Source: Pseudomonadota bacterium (GTDB lineage: Bacteria > Pseudomonadota > Alphaproteobacteria > Rhodobacterales > Rhodobacteraceae). From it: 64,000 bases of DNA. Numbering within the stretch: position 1 is the first letter of the stretch; each line of letters begins with the position of its first letter. The stretch spans positions 66,906 through 130,905 of the forward strand of contig JBCCML010000005.1 in NCBI GenBank assembly GCA_039026375.1, in the 5' to 3' direction. A program made the translations under genes and the position numbers. Positions 47,909 to 58,015 of the stretch are shown piece by piece. A model generated the notes under the pieces. It was given only the letters and a program-made list of their open reading frames with translations, made no database searches and was not told where the DNA came from.

Positions 47909-49203
47909 TTTAACCGCTCCAGTCGCCGTTCCACGGACAATGCATGCGCTTCCAGGCCCTCCGCGCGTGCCAGGGTTGCCGCCGCTGGGCCGATCCTGCG
48001 CAGTGCTTCAGGCGATACGGAAGATAGCGTGGTCCGTTTTAGGAAATCCATCACCGAAAGACCGGAGGAAAAACGCGCTGATCCATCGGTCGGCAAGACG
48101 TGGTTCGGGCCGCCGACATAGTCGCCGATGGCTTCGGGCGTGTAGGCGCCTAGGAAGATCGCGCCCGCATGATTGATCTGCGCCGCCAGAGCGTCGGCAT
48201 CTGAACACATAATCTCGAGGTGTTCCGGCGCAATCCGATCTGCCAACGCCGCCGCATCGCCAAGATGCTGTACGATGATGATTGCGCCGTGATCTTGCCA
48301 AGACGTTCGGGCGATCGCTCGACGCTCCAGCGTCTGCAGGCGTTGATCGACCGATGCGGCGACGGCGTCCGCAAATGCGCGGTCATCCGTGATCAGAATG
48401 GACTGGGCTTTCTCGTCATGTTCGGCCTGTGCCAGCAGGTCCAGCGCGATCCAGTCCGGATCGTTGTCTGCATCGGCAATGACCAGGACCTCGGACGGGC
48501 CGGCGATCATATCGATGCCGACATGTCCGTAGACTTGGCGCTTTGCGCTGGCCACGTATGCGTTGCCTGGCCCCGTGATTTTATCGACAGCCTCGATAGG
48601 GGCCGCGCCATAGGCCATAGCAGCAACGGCCTGTGCGCCGCCGATCCGGTAGACCGCCTCGACACCGCATAGCTGGGCCGCCAACAGAACCAGCGGGTTG
48701 ACCTGGCCGTCCGGTGTCGGCGCGCAAATCACCAAACGCTCGACACCCGCAACCTTGGCGGGGATCGCATTCATCAGCACAGATGACGGATAGCTGGCCA
48801 GACCGCCGGGGACGTAGAGCCCCGCCGAGCGAATAGCGGTCCAGCGCCAGCCCAACCGGGCGCCGGCCTCGTCGGTCCACGACTTGTCAGCTGGCATTTG
48901 CTGTTCGTGGTAGGCGCGGATGCGGTCAGCGGCCAATTCCAGCGCTGCGCGCTCGGCGCTTGGAATGCCGACGATCGCGGCCTCGGTCTCCGACGCTGAA
49001 AACGCCACGGTTTCTGGCGTCAGCGCGACGCGATCAAACCTTTCGGTCAGCGCCAGCACCGGGGCGATCCCATGTGCCCGGACATCTGCAATGATGTCGG
49101 CAACGACCCGATCTACATCTGTGGTGGCGGCTTCGCGTGCTTGGCGCAAGCGCTGGAATGCAATCTCGAAGTCTGGCTGCGTTGTGTCGAGGATGCGAGT
49201 CAT
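47905..49203 (-). CDS. hisD: Histidinol dehydrogenase
   Basis: GLYVPGG.ASYPSSVLMNAIPA, KITGPGNAYVA, DMIAGPSE, QAEHD, APEHLE, GPNHVLPT. Confidence 0.98.
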   Translation of the reverse strand: MTRILDTTQPDFEIAFQRLRQAREAATTDVDRVVADIIADVRAHGIAPVLALTERFDRVALTPETVAFSASETEAAIVGIPSAERAALELAADRIRAYHEQQMPADKSWTDEAGARLGWRWTAIRSAGLYVPGGLASYPSSVLMNAIPAKVAGVERLVICAPTPDGQVNPLVLLAAQLCGVEAVYRIGGAQAVAAMAYGAAPIEAVDKITGPGNAYVASAKRQVYGHVGIDMIAGPSEVLVIADADNDPDWIALDLLAQAEHDEKAQSILITDDRAFADAVAASVDQRLQTLERRAIARTSWQDHGAIIIVQHLGDAAALADRIAPEHLEIMCSDADALAAQINHAGAIFLGAYTPEAIGDYVGGPNHVLPTDGSARFSSGLSVMDFLKRTTLSSVSPEALRRIGPAAATLARAEGLEAHALSVERRLERLN

Positions 49204-49343
49204 CAGGCTCTCTCAGGTAACCGGCCGGTTACTTAGAAGGCCCAGACCACCGAGGCAAGAATTCTGACGGGGCTTCGGTAAGCGGTGGATTTGACCTGTT
49301 TTTCTCGGCAAGATCCGGCTGTGCACCAGAAGGGGAGATGATT

Positions 49344-50036
49344 ATGCGGGTCACATGGATGGGTCATGGCAGTTTTCGGATCGACGCAGGCAGCCAAGTG
49401 CTGTTGCTGGATCCGTGGATCACCGGGAATCCGGTGTTTCCGGCGGATCGCGCCGGCGAGATTACCAAGGGCGCCACGGCCATCCTTTTAACCCACGGCC
49501 ACTTCGATCACACGGCAGACTGCGTCGAAATTGCCAAGAAGACCGGCGCGCCACTCTATGGGATGTACGAACTGGTCAACTGGTTCACGGCCGTCGACGG
49601 GGTGGAGGGGACGCCCTTCAACAAGGGCGGCGCGGTCAAGATCGGAGATGTGACCGTGACCATGGTGGCTGCTCACCATTCTTCGTCGATCGGGACGGAC
49701 AGTGGTTTGGTGGTGGCGGGCGCCGAGACCGGCTTCATGATCGAGGCTGATGGCAAAACGCTATACGCCATGGGCGACACCGACATCATGGCCGATTGGG
49801 CGTGGATGGCCGAATTGCACAAGCCAGACTATGCCATTGTGCCGATCGGCGGTCAGTTCACCATGGATGGCACGCGTGCAGCATGGGGGTGCCGAAAGTT
49901 CTTTGATTTTAACGGTGTTATCCCAGGCCACTTCAAGACGTTCCCCCTGTTGGCCCAGTCAGCCGACGACTTCCGGGCCGGGATGGACCCTGTTCCCGTG
50001 CACGAATTGGACGTGATGGGGTCGGTGGATCTGTAG
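49344..50036 (+). CDS. Metallo-beta-lactamase fold hydrolase (UPF0173)
   Basis: TWMGHGSF, LLDPW, LLTHGHFDH, AHHSS, YAMGDT, PIGGQFTMD. Confidence 0.9.
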   Translation: MRVTWMGHGSFRIDAGSQVLLLDPWITGNPVFPADRAGEITKGATAILLTHGHFDHTADCVEIAKKTGAPLYGMYELVNWFTAVDGVEGTPFNKGGAVKIGDVTVTMVAAHHSSSIGTDSGLVVAGAETGFMIEADGKTLYAMGDTDIMADWAWMAELHKPDYAIVPIGGQFTMDGTRAAWGCRKFFDFNGVIPGHFKTFPLLAQSADDFRAGMDPVPVHELDVMGSVDL

Positions 50037-50040
50037 CCGT

Positions 50041-50721
50041 CTAGATCCCGAAGTTAGCTTGGGGTGCGCCCCCGCTCAACGATCCGTTCAGAAAGCCTAC
50101 CAGATCGTCAATGGCGTGATCGACGTGCTCGTGGTGTTCTGATTTGCCGTGCGGCAGCCAAACGGTCGTTGTGCCGCGCCGCTTTGGCTCCAGCAGATTT
50201 TCCGCATGGTCTTCGATCATGATTGCGCGCGCGGGATCAAATCCGGCGACTTGCTCGGTGATGTCGTAGGCTTGCGGGGTCGGCTTGGGCACGAGGTTTG
50301 TATCTTCGATGGTTATGATTTGTTCGAACAACCCCTCCATGCCCAGAGCGTCGAGGACGCCCATCGCATGCGACCGCGGCCCGTTCGTGTGGATCAACTT
50401 GCGGCCGGGTAGGTCCGATATCGCCTGCTTGAGCCCTGGATCCGGTTTCAACGCGGACAAATCGATGCTGTGGCACTCTTGCAAGAAGTCTTCGGGGTCG
50501 ATCTGGTGTTCCAGGATCAAGCCGGTCAGGGTGGTGCCGTAGCGCCGCCAATAGTGTTGACGCAGGTAATCGGCGCGGGCGCGGTCAACCCCTATGCGCT
50601 GAACGATGAAGTCTGTCATGCGTACATTGATCTGCGCGAACAGCGCGGCAGACGGGCAGTAGAGGGTGTTGTCGAGGTCAAATATCCAGGTGTCGATCGG
50701 CCCGTTTGCCCCCAAGATCAT
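50041..50721 (-). CDS. Pyrimidine 5'-nucleotidase (HAD)
   Basis: WIFDLDNTLY, YGTTL.GL, HTNGP, PKP, MIED...NL. Confidence 0.9.
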   Translation of the reverse strand: MILGANGPIDTWIFDLDNTLYCPSAALFAQINVRMTDFIVQRIGVDRARADYLRQHYWRRYGTTLTGLILEHQIDPEDFLQECHSIDLSALKPDPGLKQAISDLPGRKLIHTNGPRSHAMGVLDALGMEGLFEQIITIEDTNLVPKPTPQAYDITEQVAGFDPARAIMIEDHAENLLEPKRRGTTTVWLPHGKSEHHEHVDHAIDDLVGFLNGSLSGGAPQANFGI

Positions 50722-50793
50722 CGTCCGCCTCACTAGTTATTTGCCGGTATCCAGCTTAGGCTGAACCATGCGCCTAGCAAGCGGGAGGCTGCA

Positions 50794-51624
50794 GTGACGT
50801 CGCGCGAAGATTGGATCGGCCGCACAGGGTTGGAGTGGTCCCGCCACAGCGAGGCAATGGAAGGGATGCTGGGGCCGGCCGGACAGGCTGGTTTGGATGC
50901 ACTGGCGCCGCAAGCCGGAGAAAACATCCTGGATCTGGGGTGCGGCGCTGGTGCCAGCACCGCGGCATTGGCTGCCGCCGTGGGCAGTGCAGGCAATGTG
51001 TTCGGGGTGGACGTCTCACCTGATTTGATCTTGGCCGCGCGCAGTCGTCTTTCGAACCTGCCCCAAGCGGACTTGATTGAGGCGGACGCCACAACGCACG
51101 CTTTCCAGCCTGCAGGTTATGATGCGGTGTTCTCACGCTTCGGCTCGATGTTCTTTGAAGATCCGGCAGCGGCGTTTGCAAACGTTCGCGGGGCGTTGAA
51201 GGCAGGTGCGCGCGCCGTGATGGTGGCGTGGCGTGAACCGGCGCAGAACCAGTGGGCAACGGTGCCGATGTCTTTCGTGGCCGAGGGGCTTGCCGATCCG
51301 CGCAGCGCACCGGGACCGAGCCCATTTTCCTGGGCAGACCCTGATGTGTTCAGGGAACAACTCACCGCCGGCGGTTTTGAGAGCGTTTCAGCAACTCATT
51401 ATGACTTCATGGCCGCCGTTTCTTTAGGCGAAGACCCCGATCCAGTCCGTCGCGCCATCGCCCTGATGATGCGTATCGGACCACTGGCGGCAAGACTGCG
51501 CGGTGCGCCGGAAGAGGCAAAGCGCGAGGCTGAAGCATTTTTGACCGCTCGATTGGCGCGTCACGTCCACCAGGGTGTGGTCCGATTGCCGGCTTCAGCC
51601 TGGATTGTGAGCGCCGAGGCCTAA
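50794..51624 (+). CDS. Class I SAM-dependent methyltransferase
   Basis: ILDLGCGAG, GVDVS, EADA, SRFGSMFF.DP, GPSPFSWAD. Confidence 0.9.
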   Translation: MTSREDWIGRTGLEWSRHSEAMEGMLGPAGQAGLDALAPQAGENILDLGCGAGASTAALAAAVGSAGNVFGVDVSPDLILAARSRLSNLPQADLIEADATTHAFQPAGYDAVFSRFGSMFFEDPAAAFANVRGALKAGARAVMVAWREPAQNQWATVPMSFVAEGLADPRSAPGPSPFSWADPDVFREQLTAGGFESVSATHYDFMAAVSLGEDPDPVRRAIALMMRIGPLAARLRGAPEEAKREAEAFLTARLARHVHQGVVRLPASAWIVSAEA

Positions 51625-51646
51625 GCCACAGCGCCCACGCCTGCCG

Positions 51647-52039
51647 CTACTCAGCCGGCTCGAACTCTAATGCGACACCGTTAATGCAGTAGCGAAGCCC
51701 TGTTGGTTCGGGACCATCTGGGAACACATGCCCCAAATGAGCTTCGCATTTCGCACAATGGACCTCGGTCCGGCGCATCAGCCAACTGCGGTCTTCGCGC
51801 TCGCCAACTGCGTTGGCGTCGATTGGCTGGTAAAAACTGGGCCAACCAGTGCCGCTTTCGAACTTTGTGGCTTGCTCGAAAAGCTCGGCCCCGCAGCACA
51901 CGCAATTGAATGTCCCCTCGGTCTTTGGGAAGTTATCATGCGTGAAAGGTCGCTCGGTCGCGTGCTTTCGGGTGACGCGGTAGGCGTCGGGAGTGAGCTT
52001 TGCGCGCCACTCTTCGTCGGTTTTCACGACTTTATGCAT
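51647..52039 (-). CDS. msrB: Peptide-methionine (R)-S-oxide reductase
   Basis: [48 protein letters not shown]. Confidence 0.98.
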   Translation of the reverse strand: MHKVVKTDEEWRAKLTPDAYRVTRKHATERPFTHDNFPKTEGTFNCVCCGAELFEQATKFESGTGWPSFYQPIDANAVGEREDRSWLMRRTEVHCAKCEAHLGHVFPDGPEPTGLRYCINGVALEFEPAE

Positions 52040-52179
52040 AGTCCTCTCCAGTCGGATTACCTAGATTTGCGCTGGTTTCGCGTGACACGCGTCATATCGG
52101 TGTTACTGGAGCACTATATATAGGTGGCGTGAACCAAGATCCGAGCGGTCTATACCGCCGCAGGGCACGAGGCAGAGCC

Positions 52180-52929
52180 ATGACACTAATCGGTGGGCGC
52201 CTAAAAGCGCGTTTGGCCGACACGGACGACGACGTTCGTGCTTGCCAGAGACTGCGTCATCGCTGCTTTTTCGAAGTGCGTGGGGTCGAAAACTCGGACG
52301 ACAGCGGCCTGGATGCTGATGAGTTCGATGTCCATTGCCGTCATATGATGGTCGAAGACAGCCGGACCAGGACGTTGGTCTGTTGTTTCAGAATTATGCC
52401 GTTGAACAATGGGTCTGAGATTTCACGCAGTTACTCCGCCAAGTATTACAATCTGGCGGCGCTTGCAGATTATCCTGGCAAGATGGTCGAAATGGGTCGT
52501 TTCTGCGTGCATCCGGATTGGAAGGATCCAGCGATCATTCGGGTCGCTTGGGCCGGTATGACAAAATTCGTCGACGACGAAGGGGTAGAGATGCTGTTCG
52601 GCTGCTCCAGTTTCTACGGGGTCGACGCCGACGAATACATGGATGCCTTTGCGCTTTTGAAGGAGCGGCACCTTGCGCCCAGCCGCTGGTTGCCCAGCGT
52701 AAAGGCGCCGCGGGTTTTTGAGTTTGCCGCACGGCTAGGGCTGAAGCGACCGGACATGAAGTTAGCCCTCAGCCGGATGCCGCCTTTGCTTCGAACCTAC
52801 CTCAGCATGGGCGGTTGGGTGTCGGACCATGCCGTCATCGACAATGAGTTGAATACGCTGCACGTTTTCACCGGTGTTGAAATCGCCCAGGTCCCAAAGG
52901 CGCGCGCGAGACTGTTGCGCGGCGGCTGA
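52180..52929 (+). CDS. GNAT N-acyltransferase, OlsB/GlsB-like (amino-lipid synthesis)
   Basis: ACQRLRHRCF, D.DEFD..C.H, YSAKYYNL, VEMGRFCVHP, LFGCSSF, MPPLLRTYL.MGG.V. Confidence 0.8.
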   Translation: MTLIGGRLKARLADTDDDVRACQRLRHRCFFEVRGVENSDDSGLDADEFDVHCRHMMVEDSRTRTLVCCFRIMPLNNGSEISRSYSAKYYNLAALADYPGKMVEMGRFCVHPDWKDPAIIRVAWAGMTKFVDDEGVEMLFGCSSFYGVDADEYMDAFALLKERHLAPSRWLPSVKAPRVFEFAARLGLKRPDMKLALSRMPPLLRTYLSMGGWVSDHAVIDNELNTLHVFTGVEIAQVPKARARLLRGG

Positions 52930-53020
52930 GCCAGACACAAGATCACGTCGTTGTTTTTTCGGCCTGCGCCTTGTCGGTGGCATAGCTCCATGCATGCTGA
53001 GAACAAACGTGGAGGACGCC

Positions 53021-53971
53021 GTGATCACTGACCTGACAGACCTTTTTGACCCTGGTGCTGCCAGCGTCGAGACGCGCGAATTCAATGCTCGCCTGGAAGC
53101 GGATCTGGCTGAACGCCCCGCGATGAACACGTTGCCGCCCGCTGTCGTTCGACAAGCGCGAGCCGAGGGTAAGGGTGCCTTACCCCTGGGGGGGCCGCTG
53201 GAGGGCTCGCAATGGCAGGATATTCCAGGGGCCGACGGTGGACCAGGGCGGGTGCGCATCACGGAGCCCGAGGGCGCGCCCCGGGGGATCTACCTGCACA
53301 TCCACGGCGGTGGTTGGACGATCGGGTCAGCGCAGGAGTATGACAAGACGAACCAGGCGTTCGCCAAGGCGACTGGAATGCGCGTCGTCTCTGCCGCTTA
53401 TCGCCTGGCGCCGGAGCACCCATGGCCGGCGCAACGCCTAGATACGGTTGCGGCTGCCCGCTGGGTGATCGAGACCACGGATCTGCCGATCATCATCGGG
53501 GGTGAGTCCGCTGGCGGCCACTTGGCAGCTGTCACGGCGATCCAACTGAGGGACGCGGGTCTGAGCGCGCGAGTAAGCGGTCTGCTATTGAACTATGGCG
53601 TGTTCGATGTCCGCGGCACACCTTCCGCGCTGAATTGGGGGCCGCGCGTATTGGTGTTGTCCACGCCGATCATGCAGTGGTTCTACGACTTCGTTGATCC
53701 AGATGGTTCAGCGCGGCACGGCCCTGATCTGTCGCCTGTACTTGCCCGGCTAGAGGGTCTTCCACCGGCACTGTTCCAGGTTGGAACGGAAGACCCGCTA
53801 TTGGATGATACGTTGTTCATGGCCGCGCGTTGGCAGGCGGCCGGCAATGTCACCCGCGTGGCGGTCGCGCCGGGCGGCGTCCACGGATTTGACATGTTCG
53901 ACGAACTCAAGATCGCCCATGATGCCCGCGAGAAGGCCCGTGCCTTTGTCGAGACCTGTTTGACTGCGTGA
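53021..53971 (+). CDS. HSL-family esterase/lipase
   Basis: HIHGGGW, YRLAPEHPWP, GESAGG, DPLLDD, GVHGF; GTG start with GGAGG. Confidence 0.92.
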   Translation: MITDLTDLFDPGAASVETREFNARLEADLAERPAMNTLPPAVVRQARAEGKGALPLGGPLEGSQWQDIPGADGGPGRVRITEPEGAPRGIYLHIHGGGWTIGSAQEYDKTNQAFAKATGMRVVSAAYRLAPEHPWPAQRLDTVAAARWVIETTDLPIIIGGESAGGHLAAVTAIQLRDAGLSARVSGLLLNYGVFDVRGTPSALNWGPRVLVLSTPIMQWFYDFVDPDGSARHGPDLSPVLARLEGLPPALFQVGTEDPLLDDTLFMAARWQAAGNVTRVAVAPGGVHGFDMFDELKIAHDAREKARAFVETCLTA

Positions 53972-53976
53972 GACCG

Positions 53977-55701
53977 TCAGTCCCCTAGTGCGATGCCCTC
54001 GCGTCGGGGGTCTGCGCCGCCTTGCAGTGTGCCGTCTGCGCCCACGGCGATAATGCCCAAGCCCGACGTCATGTCCTTTTCAACCACCTGATGCCCGAAC
54101 TGGCGCAGTCCTTCGCTCACCGCGCTCGGCATACCGGGCTCGATAGCGATTTCTCCGCGGTTGCGGTGACTGACATGCGGGAACGCAGCTGCCGCCGCGG
54201 GATCAAGACCAAAGGCCAGTTGGGCGATCAGGCTACCGGCCACATACTCGGGGATGCGAGAGCCGCCTGGTGAACCCGTTAGGACCGCGACCCGATCCTG
54301 CAGATAGACGATTGTCGGGGACATTGATGAGCGGGGGCGCTTTCCAGCGGCGGGGGCGTTTGCGATGGGCGTACCGTCCGCACCCAGTGGTCTAAACGAA
54401 AAGTCCGTCAACTGATTGTTCAAAAGGAAACCGCCCGCCATGCGCCCTGACCCGAAAGCGGTCTCGATGGAGGCGGTCAGGCTGATAGCGAGACCTGTGC
54501 TGTCTATGACCGATAGGTGGGTGGTGCCGGGGCTGTCCGATTGTACAGAAGGCGCATAGCGGCCCTCTCGCCACGGCGGATCACCTGCCTCTGCGCGTCC
54601 CTCCGAAGCTTGAAACCCGTGGATTAGCCGCGAACGCTGCGCAATGTAAGCCGGGTCCAACAATCCGCGGACCGGCACCTTCACGAAATCAGCGTCCGCC
54701 AGGTACTGGCCGCGATCCGCATAGGCCAGGCGGGATGCCTCGGCAAAGAGATGCCAGAGCCGTGCCTGGTCAAGCTCCAGTTCAGTTGGCTTAAACCGAT
54801 CCAGCAGCATCAGGATTTGACCGACCGTGGTTGCCCCCGAAGACGGTGGCCCCATGCCGCAAACACGATATTGCCTGTACGGATGACAGACCGGAGCACG
54901 CGTGACGACGCGGTAACCTGCCAAGTCCGTCGCATTAAGGGTGCCTAGCATTGGACCGCGTGTGACTGCGTCGACGATCTGGCCGGCGATTGTCCCTGCG
55001 TAGAATGCTCCCGCGCCGTCACTGGCAAGCAGGCGAAGGGTCTTGGCGAGTGCGGGCTGGCGCAGGATCGTGCCCTCGGCCAAGGGCACGCCGTTCGGTA
55101 CAAAAACTTGGGCTGCATCCGTCCCCGCCAGTCGCTCGCTATACCTTGCCAAAAGCCCAGAAAGCCGCGGGCTCACGGGAAAGCCAGCATCGGCAAGCAA
55201 TATCGCAGGTTGGAAAAGGTCCTGCCACGGCAGCTTCCCGTGCTTTGCGTGCAGTCTGGACATCAGGGCAACCAGGCCGGGGGCACCGACGGAACGACCC
55301 GACTGCACCGCTTCTAGAAAGGGAAGTGGTTCACCATCCGCACCCAAGAAAAGCTGCGGTGTGGCGCCGGCGGGTGCAATCTCACGGGCATCCCAGGCCG
55401 TCAGGCCAGCCGAGGGGTCTTCGACTAGCGCGAAGGCGCCGCCCCCGATCCCCGAGGATTGCGGCTCAACCACATTCAGGACCAGCAGGGCCGCGATGGC
55501 GGCATCTGCCGCGGATCCGCCGGCGCGCATCACTGCGAGCCCCGCTTCCGCGGCCAACGGGTTTGCCGCCACAATCATGTGCTGCTGGGCTTGGACGAGT
55601 GGCTTTGGCTCAAAGCCCGTTGCGGCCTCGGGATCCGCCTGTGTCTGCGCAAGGGCCGCTGACGACATCACCAAGAAGACTATGGAGAGAAGTGTCCGCA
55701 T
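53977..55701 (-). CDS. ggt: Gamma-glutamyltransferase
   Basis: GGSAADAA, EPQSSGIGGG, DARE.AP, TTHLSV.D, NNQLTDFS, KRPRSSMSP, GSPGG, GADPRREG. Confidence 0.97.
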   Translation of the reverse strand: MRTLLSIVFLVMSSAALAQTQADPEAATGFEPKPLVQAQQHMIVAANPLAAEAGLAVMRAGGSAADAAIAALLVLNVVEPQSSGIGGGAFALVEDPSAGLTAWDAREIAPAGATPQLFLGADGEPLPFLEAVQSGRSVGAPGLVALMSRLHAKHGKLPWQDLFQPAILLADAGFPVSPRLSGLLARYSERLAGTDAAQVFVPNGVPLAEGTILRQPALAKTLRLLASDGAGAFYAGTIAGQIVDAVTRGPMLGTLNATDLAGYRVVTRAPVCHPYRQYRVCGMGPPSSGATTVGQILMLLDRFKPTELELDQARLWHLFAEASRLAYADRGQYLADADFVKVPVRGLLDPAYIAQRSRLIHGFQASEGRAEAGDPPWREGRYAPSVQSDSPGTTHLSVIDSTGLAISLTASIETAFGSGRMAGGFLLNNQLTDFSFRPLGADGTPIANAPAAGKRPRSSMSPTIVYLQDRVAVLTGSPGGSRIPEYVAGSLIAQLAFGLDPAAAAAFPHVSHRNRGEIAIEPGMPSAVSEGLRQFGHQVVEKDMTSGLGIIAVGADGTLQGGADPRREGIALGD

Positions 55702-55790
55702 CGCTGACCTCGATTGCCGCTGAACCCACAGGTTGCGGCAGAAACGCGATGATGACTAGCCCCGTAAGACGCCGTGCCGAGAGCGTCTGT

Positions 55791-56711
55791 TCAGGCGGCC
55801 CCGATCGCTGCGCGGTCGTAGGGTGTTGTCTGGTAAATCTCGTTGATCCAATTGCCGAACAACAGATGCGCGTGGCTGCGCCAGTGGTTCAACGGCATTT
55901 TGGTTGGATCATCGCCCGGGTAATAGTTCAACGGCACGTCAATCGGGTCACCTGCGGCGACGTCCCGGTCATACTCTGCCTTCAGCGTCGTGGAGTCATA
56001 CTCAAGGTGATTGAACATATATAGCGCGCGATGTCCGGGGTCGTGGATCAGACAAGGCCCAACCTGATCCGACTGCATCAGCACTTCCAGATCCTGATCT
56101 TTGGGCAGGTCGCCGGTGCGCACCTCGGTCCATCGACTGACGGGGACAGCGAAATCGTCCGAGAAACCACGCAAAAACGGTGAGCAGGGCGCCAGGTTGC
56201 GATGCCGAAACACCCCGAAGGCCTTCTTATCCAGCGCGTGTTTTGGCACGGCGTGGAAGTGGTGGAGCATCGCCTGCCCACCCCAGCAGATCGCGAACGT
56301 TTGGTGCACGTTTGTCTGTGTCCAATCGAAGATTTCTCGCAGTTCGTCCCAGTAAGTGACTTCTTCGAATGGCAAATGCTCAATCGGTGCGCCAGTTATG
56401 ATCAATCCATCAAACTTCTGCCCGCGTGCTTCGGCAAAAGGTCGATAGAAGGCGGTCATATGCTCGGCATCCGTGTTGCGCGAGATATGGTCGGTCATGC
56501 GGATGAGTGTCAGTTCAATTTGCAGCGGGGTCGCGCCGATCAGACGCGTCAGCTGCGTCTCAGTCTGCACCTTCATGGGCATCAAGTTGACCAGACCGAT
56601 CTGAAGGGGCCGGATATCCTGACGCGCCGCGGCGTCGTCGGACATGACCATCACACCTTCGCGCGTGAGCACGTCGTGGGCGGGCAAGTTGGCAGGTATC
56701 TTGATGGGCAT
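55791..56711 (-). CDS. metA: Homoserine O-acyltransferase, MetA family (likely acetyl-specific)
   Basis: MPIKIP..LPA, NLMP.K..TE, TGAPIE, ICWGGQA, PVSRWTE, HLEYD, W.SHA.LLFGNW. Confidence 0.96.
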   Translation of the reverse strand: MPIKIPANLPAHDVLTREGVMVMSDDAAARQDIRPLQIGLVNLMPMKVQTETQLTRLIGATPLQIELTLIRMTDHISRNTDAEHMTAFYRPFAEARGQKFDGLIITGAPIEHLPFEEVTYWDELREIFDWTQTNVHQTFAICWGGQAMLHHFHAVPKHALDKKAFGVFRHRNLAPCSPFLRGFSDDFAVPVSRWTEVRTGDLPKDQDLEVLMQSDQVGPCLIHDPGHRALYMFNHLEYDSTTLKAEYDRDVAAGDPIDVPLNYYPGDDPTKMPLNHWRSHAHLLFGNWINEIYQTTPYDRAAIGAA

Positions 56712-56946
56712 CTTAAGGTTCCGCAGTGGGCGTAACGAAGCGGGAAACTAGGCGAGACAGGTGCGGCTGTGAAGGGCGTTGCACGTCGATGTGTAGCTGC
56801 GCACGCCTGACGGTTCGTTTCGGAAGATCCACACGATTGGCAGGGGCTCACACGCGGAAGCTGTTACACGCGATGCCACAGGTGCCAAAGGTTGCGCCAC
56901 TTGCGACATCGCCGTACCCTTGCGCACGGGAACAGGGGGAAATCCG

Positions 56947-57993
56947 ATGTCTCGTTTCGTGCCGGGAAGATATGCCCTGCTGGTTGTAGCGGCGCTGCTA
57001 CAGGGGTGCTCGCCTGCGGTTTTCAAGAAGCAAACAGCTGAGTTCGCCGGCGCTGCCGAAACGGTAGAGCAGACTTGGATCGCGCTGCATGATGAATACG
57101 ACGCGCTGAAACAGGCTGAGCGAGACCGTGACCGCATAAGGCAAGAATGGGTATTCGACGTTTCGCCTGCATGCGGGCAGTTCGCCGGCATGCTGGCACC
57201 TGCGCTGGGGGCAGATCTCAGTGCGGAAGACCGGAAGGCAGCCATTGAACGCCGAGAAGCTGTCGTAAAGGCATGCGCGTTGGTTCGTTTGCAGGCCGAT
57301 CAACCGGCACCCGGTGTCATTGTTGACCCAGTTGACAGGCGCTTGTTGCCATACGCGAAGGCCATCACCGCCTATGCTGATGGCTTAGCATTGTTAACTG
57401 CGGCCGCAGACGAGGCGTCTTTTCGTGGGGCGGCGGCAGAATTGGGGGCGTCTCTTGGGAAGGCTGGCAGCTCGTTGGCGCAGCTTGGAGATGTGGACAT
57501 CGACGTCTCCGGCCCAATCTCAGCGTTAGCATCAGTGTATGCCGAGATCACGCTGGCAACGTTTGAACACCGCAAATACACGGCCCTTCGGGACGTGGTT
57601 CGCGGCAGTGAAGGCGCCATTGATCGCTTAACTACGCGGTTGGCCGGGCTAGAGACCCGCCTGCGCCAGCGCTTGCTGCAGGCCCAGTTCAAGGCCCTTC
57701 GTGCTGCCGCTGCCGATCTAGAAAACCTGCCGAACGGTGCACAGCGGGCAGAGCGCATTAAGCGGCAGCAGGCTGTAATAGATCGGCTTGCCGAGTATCA
57801 GGCTTACGCAAATACCCTGACGCAGGGTGGGGCAAGCTATCGCGACGTGGGCGCCGCGCATGCGGCGCTATTGGAAGCCGTGAACAACCCAGACAGTTTT
57901 GAGTTGGCGAAGGCCGCAGCTGAGCGGATCAAAGCCGTTGGTGATGCGGCGAAGGACGCAGCGGATGCTTTGAAGCTGGACCTTCCTTTCTAA
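56947..57993 (+). CDS. Hypothetical all-helical lipoprotein
   Basis: RBS AGGGGGA; signal peptide with lipobox LQGC; Ala-rich helical body; no family recognised. Confidence 0.75.
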   Translation: MSRFVPGRYALLVVAALLQGCSPAVFKKQTAEFAGAAETVEQTWIALHDEYDALKQAERDRDRIRQEWVFDVSPACGQFAGMLAPALGADLSAEDRKAAIERREAVVKACALVRLQADQPAPGVIVDPVDRRLLPYAKAITAYADGLALLTAAADEASFRGAAAELGASLGKAGSSLAQLGDVDIDVSGPISALASVYAEITLATFEHRKYTALRDVVRGSEGAIDRLTTRLAGLETRLRQRLLQAQFKALRAAAADLENLPNGAQRAERIKRQQAVIDRLAEYQAYANTLTQGGASYRDVGAAHAALLEAVNNPDSFELAKAAAERIKAVGDAAKDAADALKLDLPF

Positions 57994-58015
57994 GCGATTT
58001 CATAAGGATAGCGGT

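Noticed and set aside
56712-56946. Possible SAM-II riboswitch upstream of metA
   Set aside because: Read on the - strand, I could not find the conserved GAUUU...GCUAAA pseudoknot elements; an Infernal search with the SAM_alpha model would settle it
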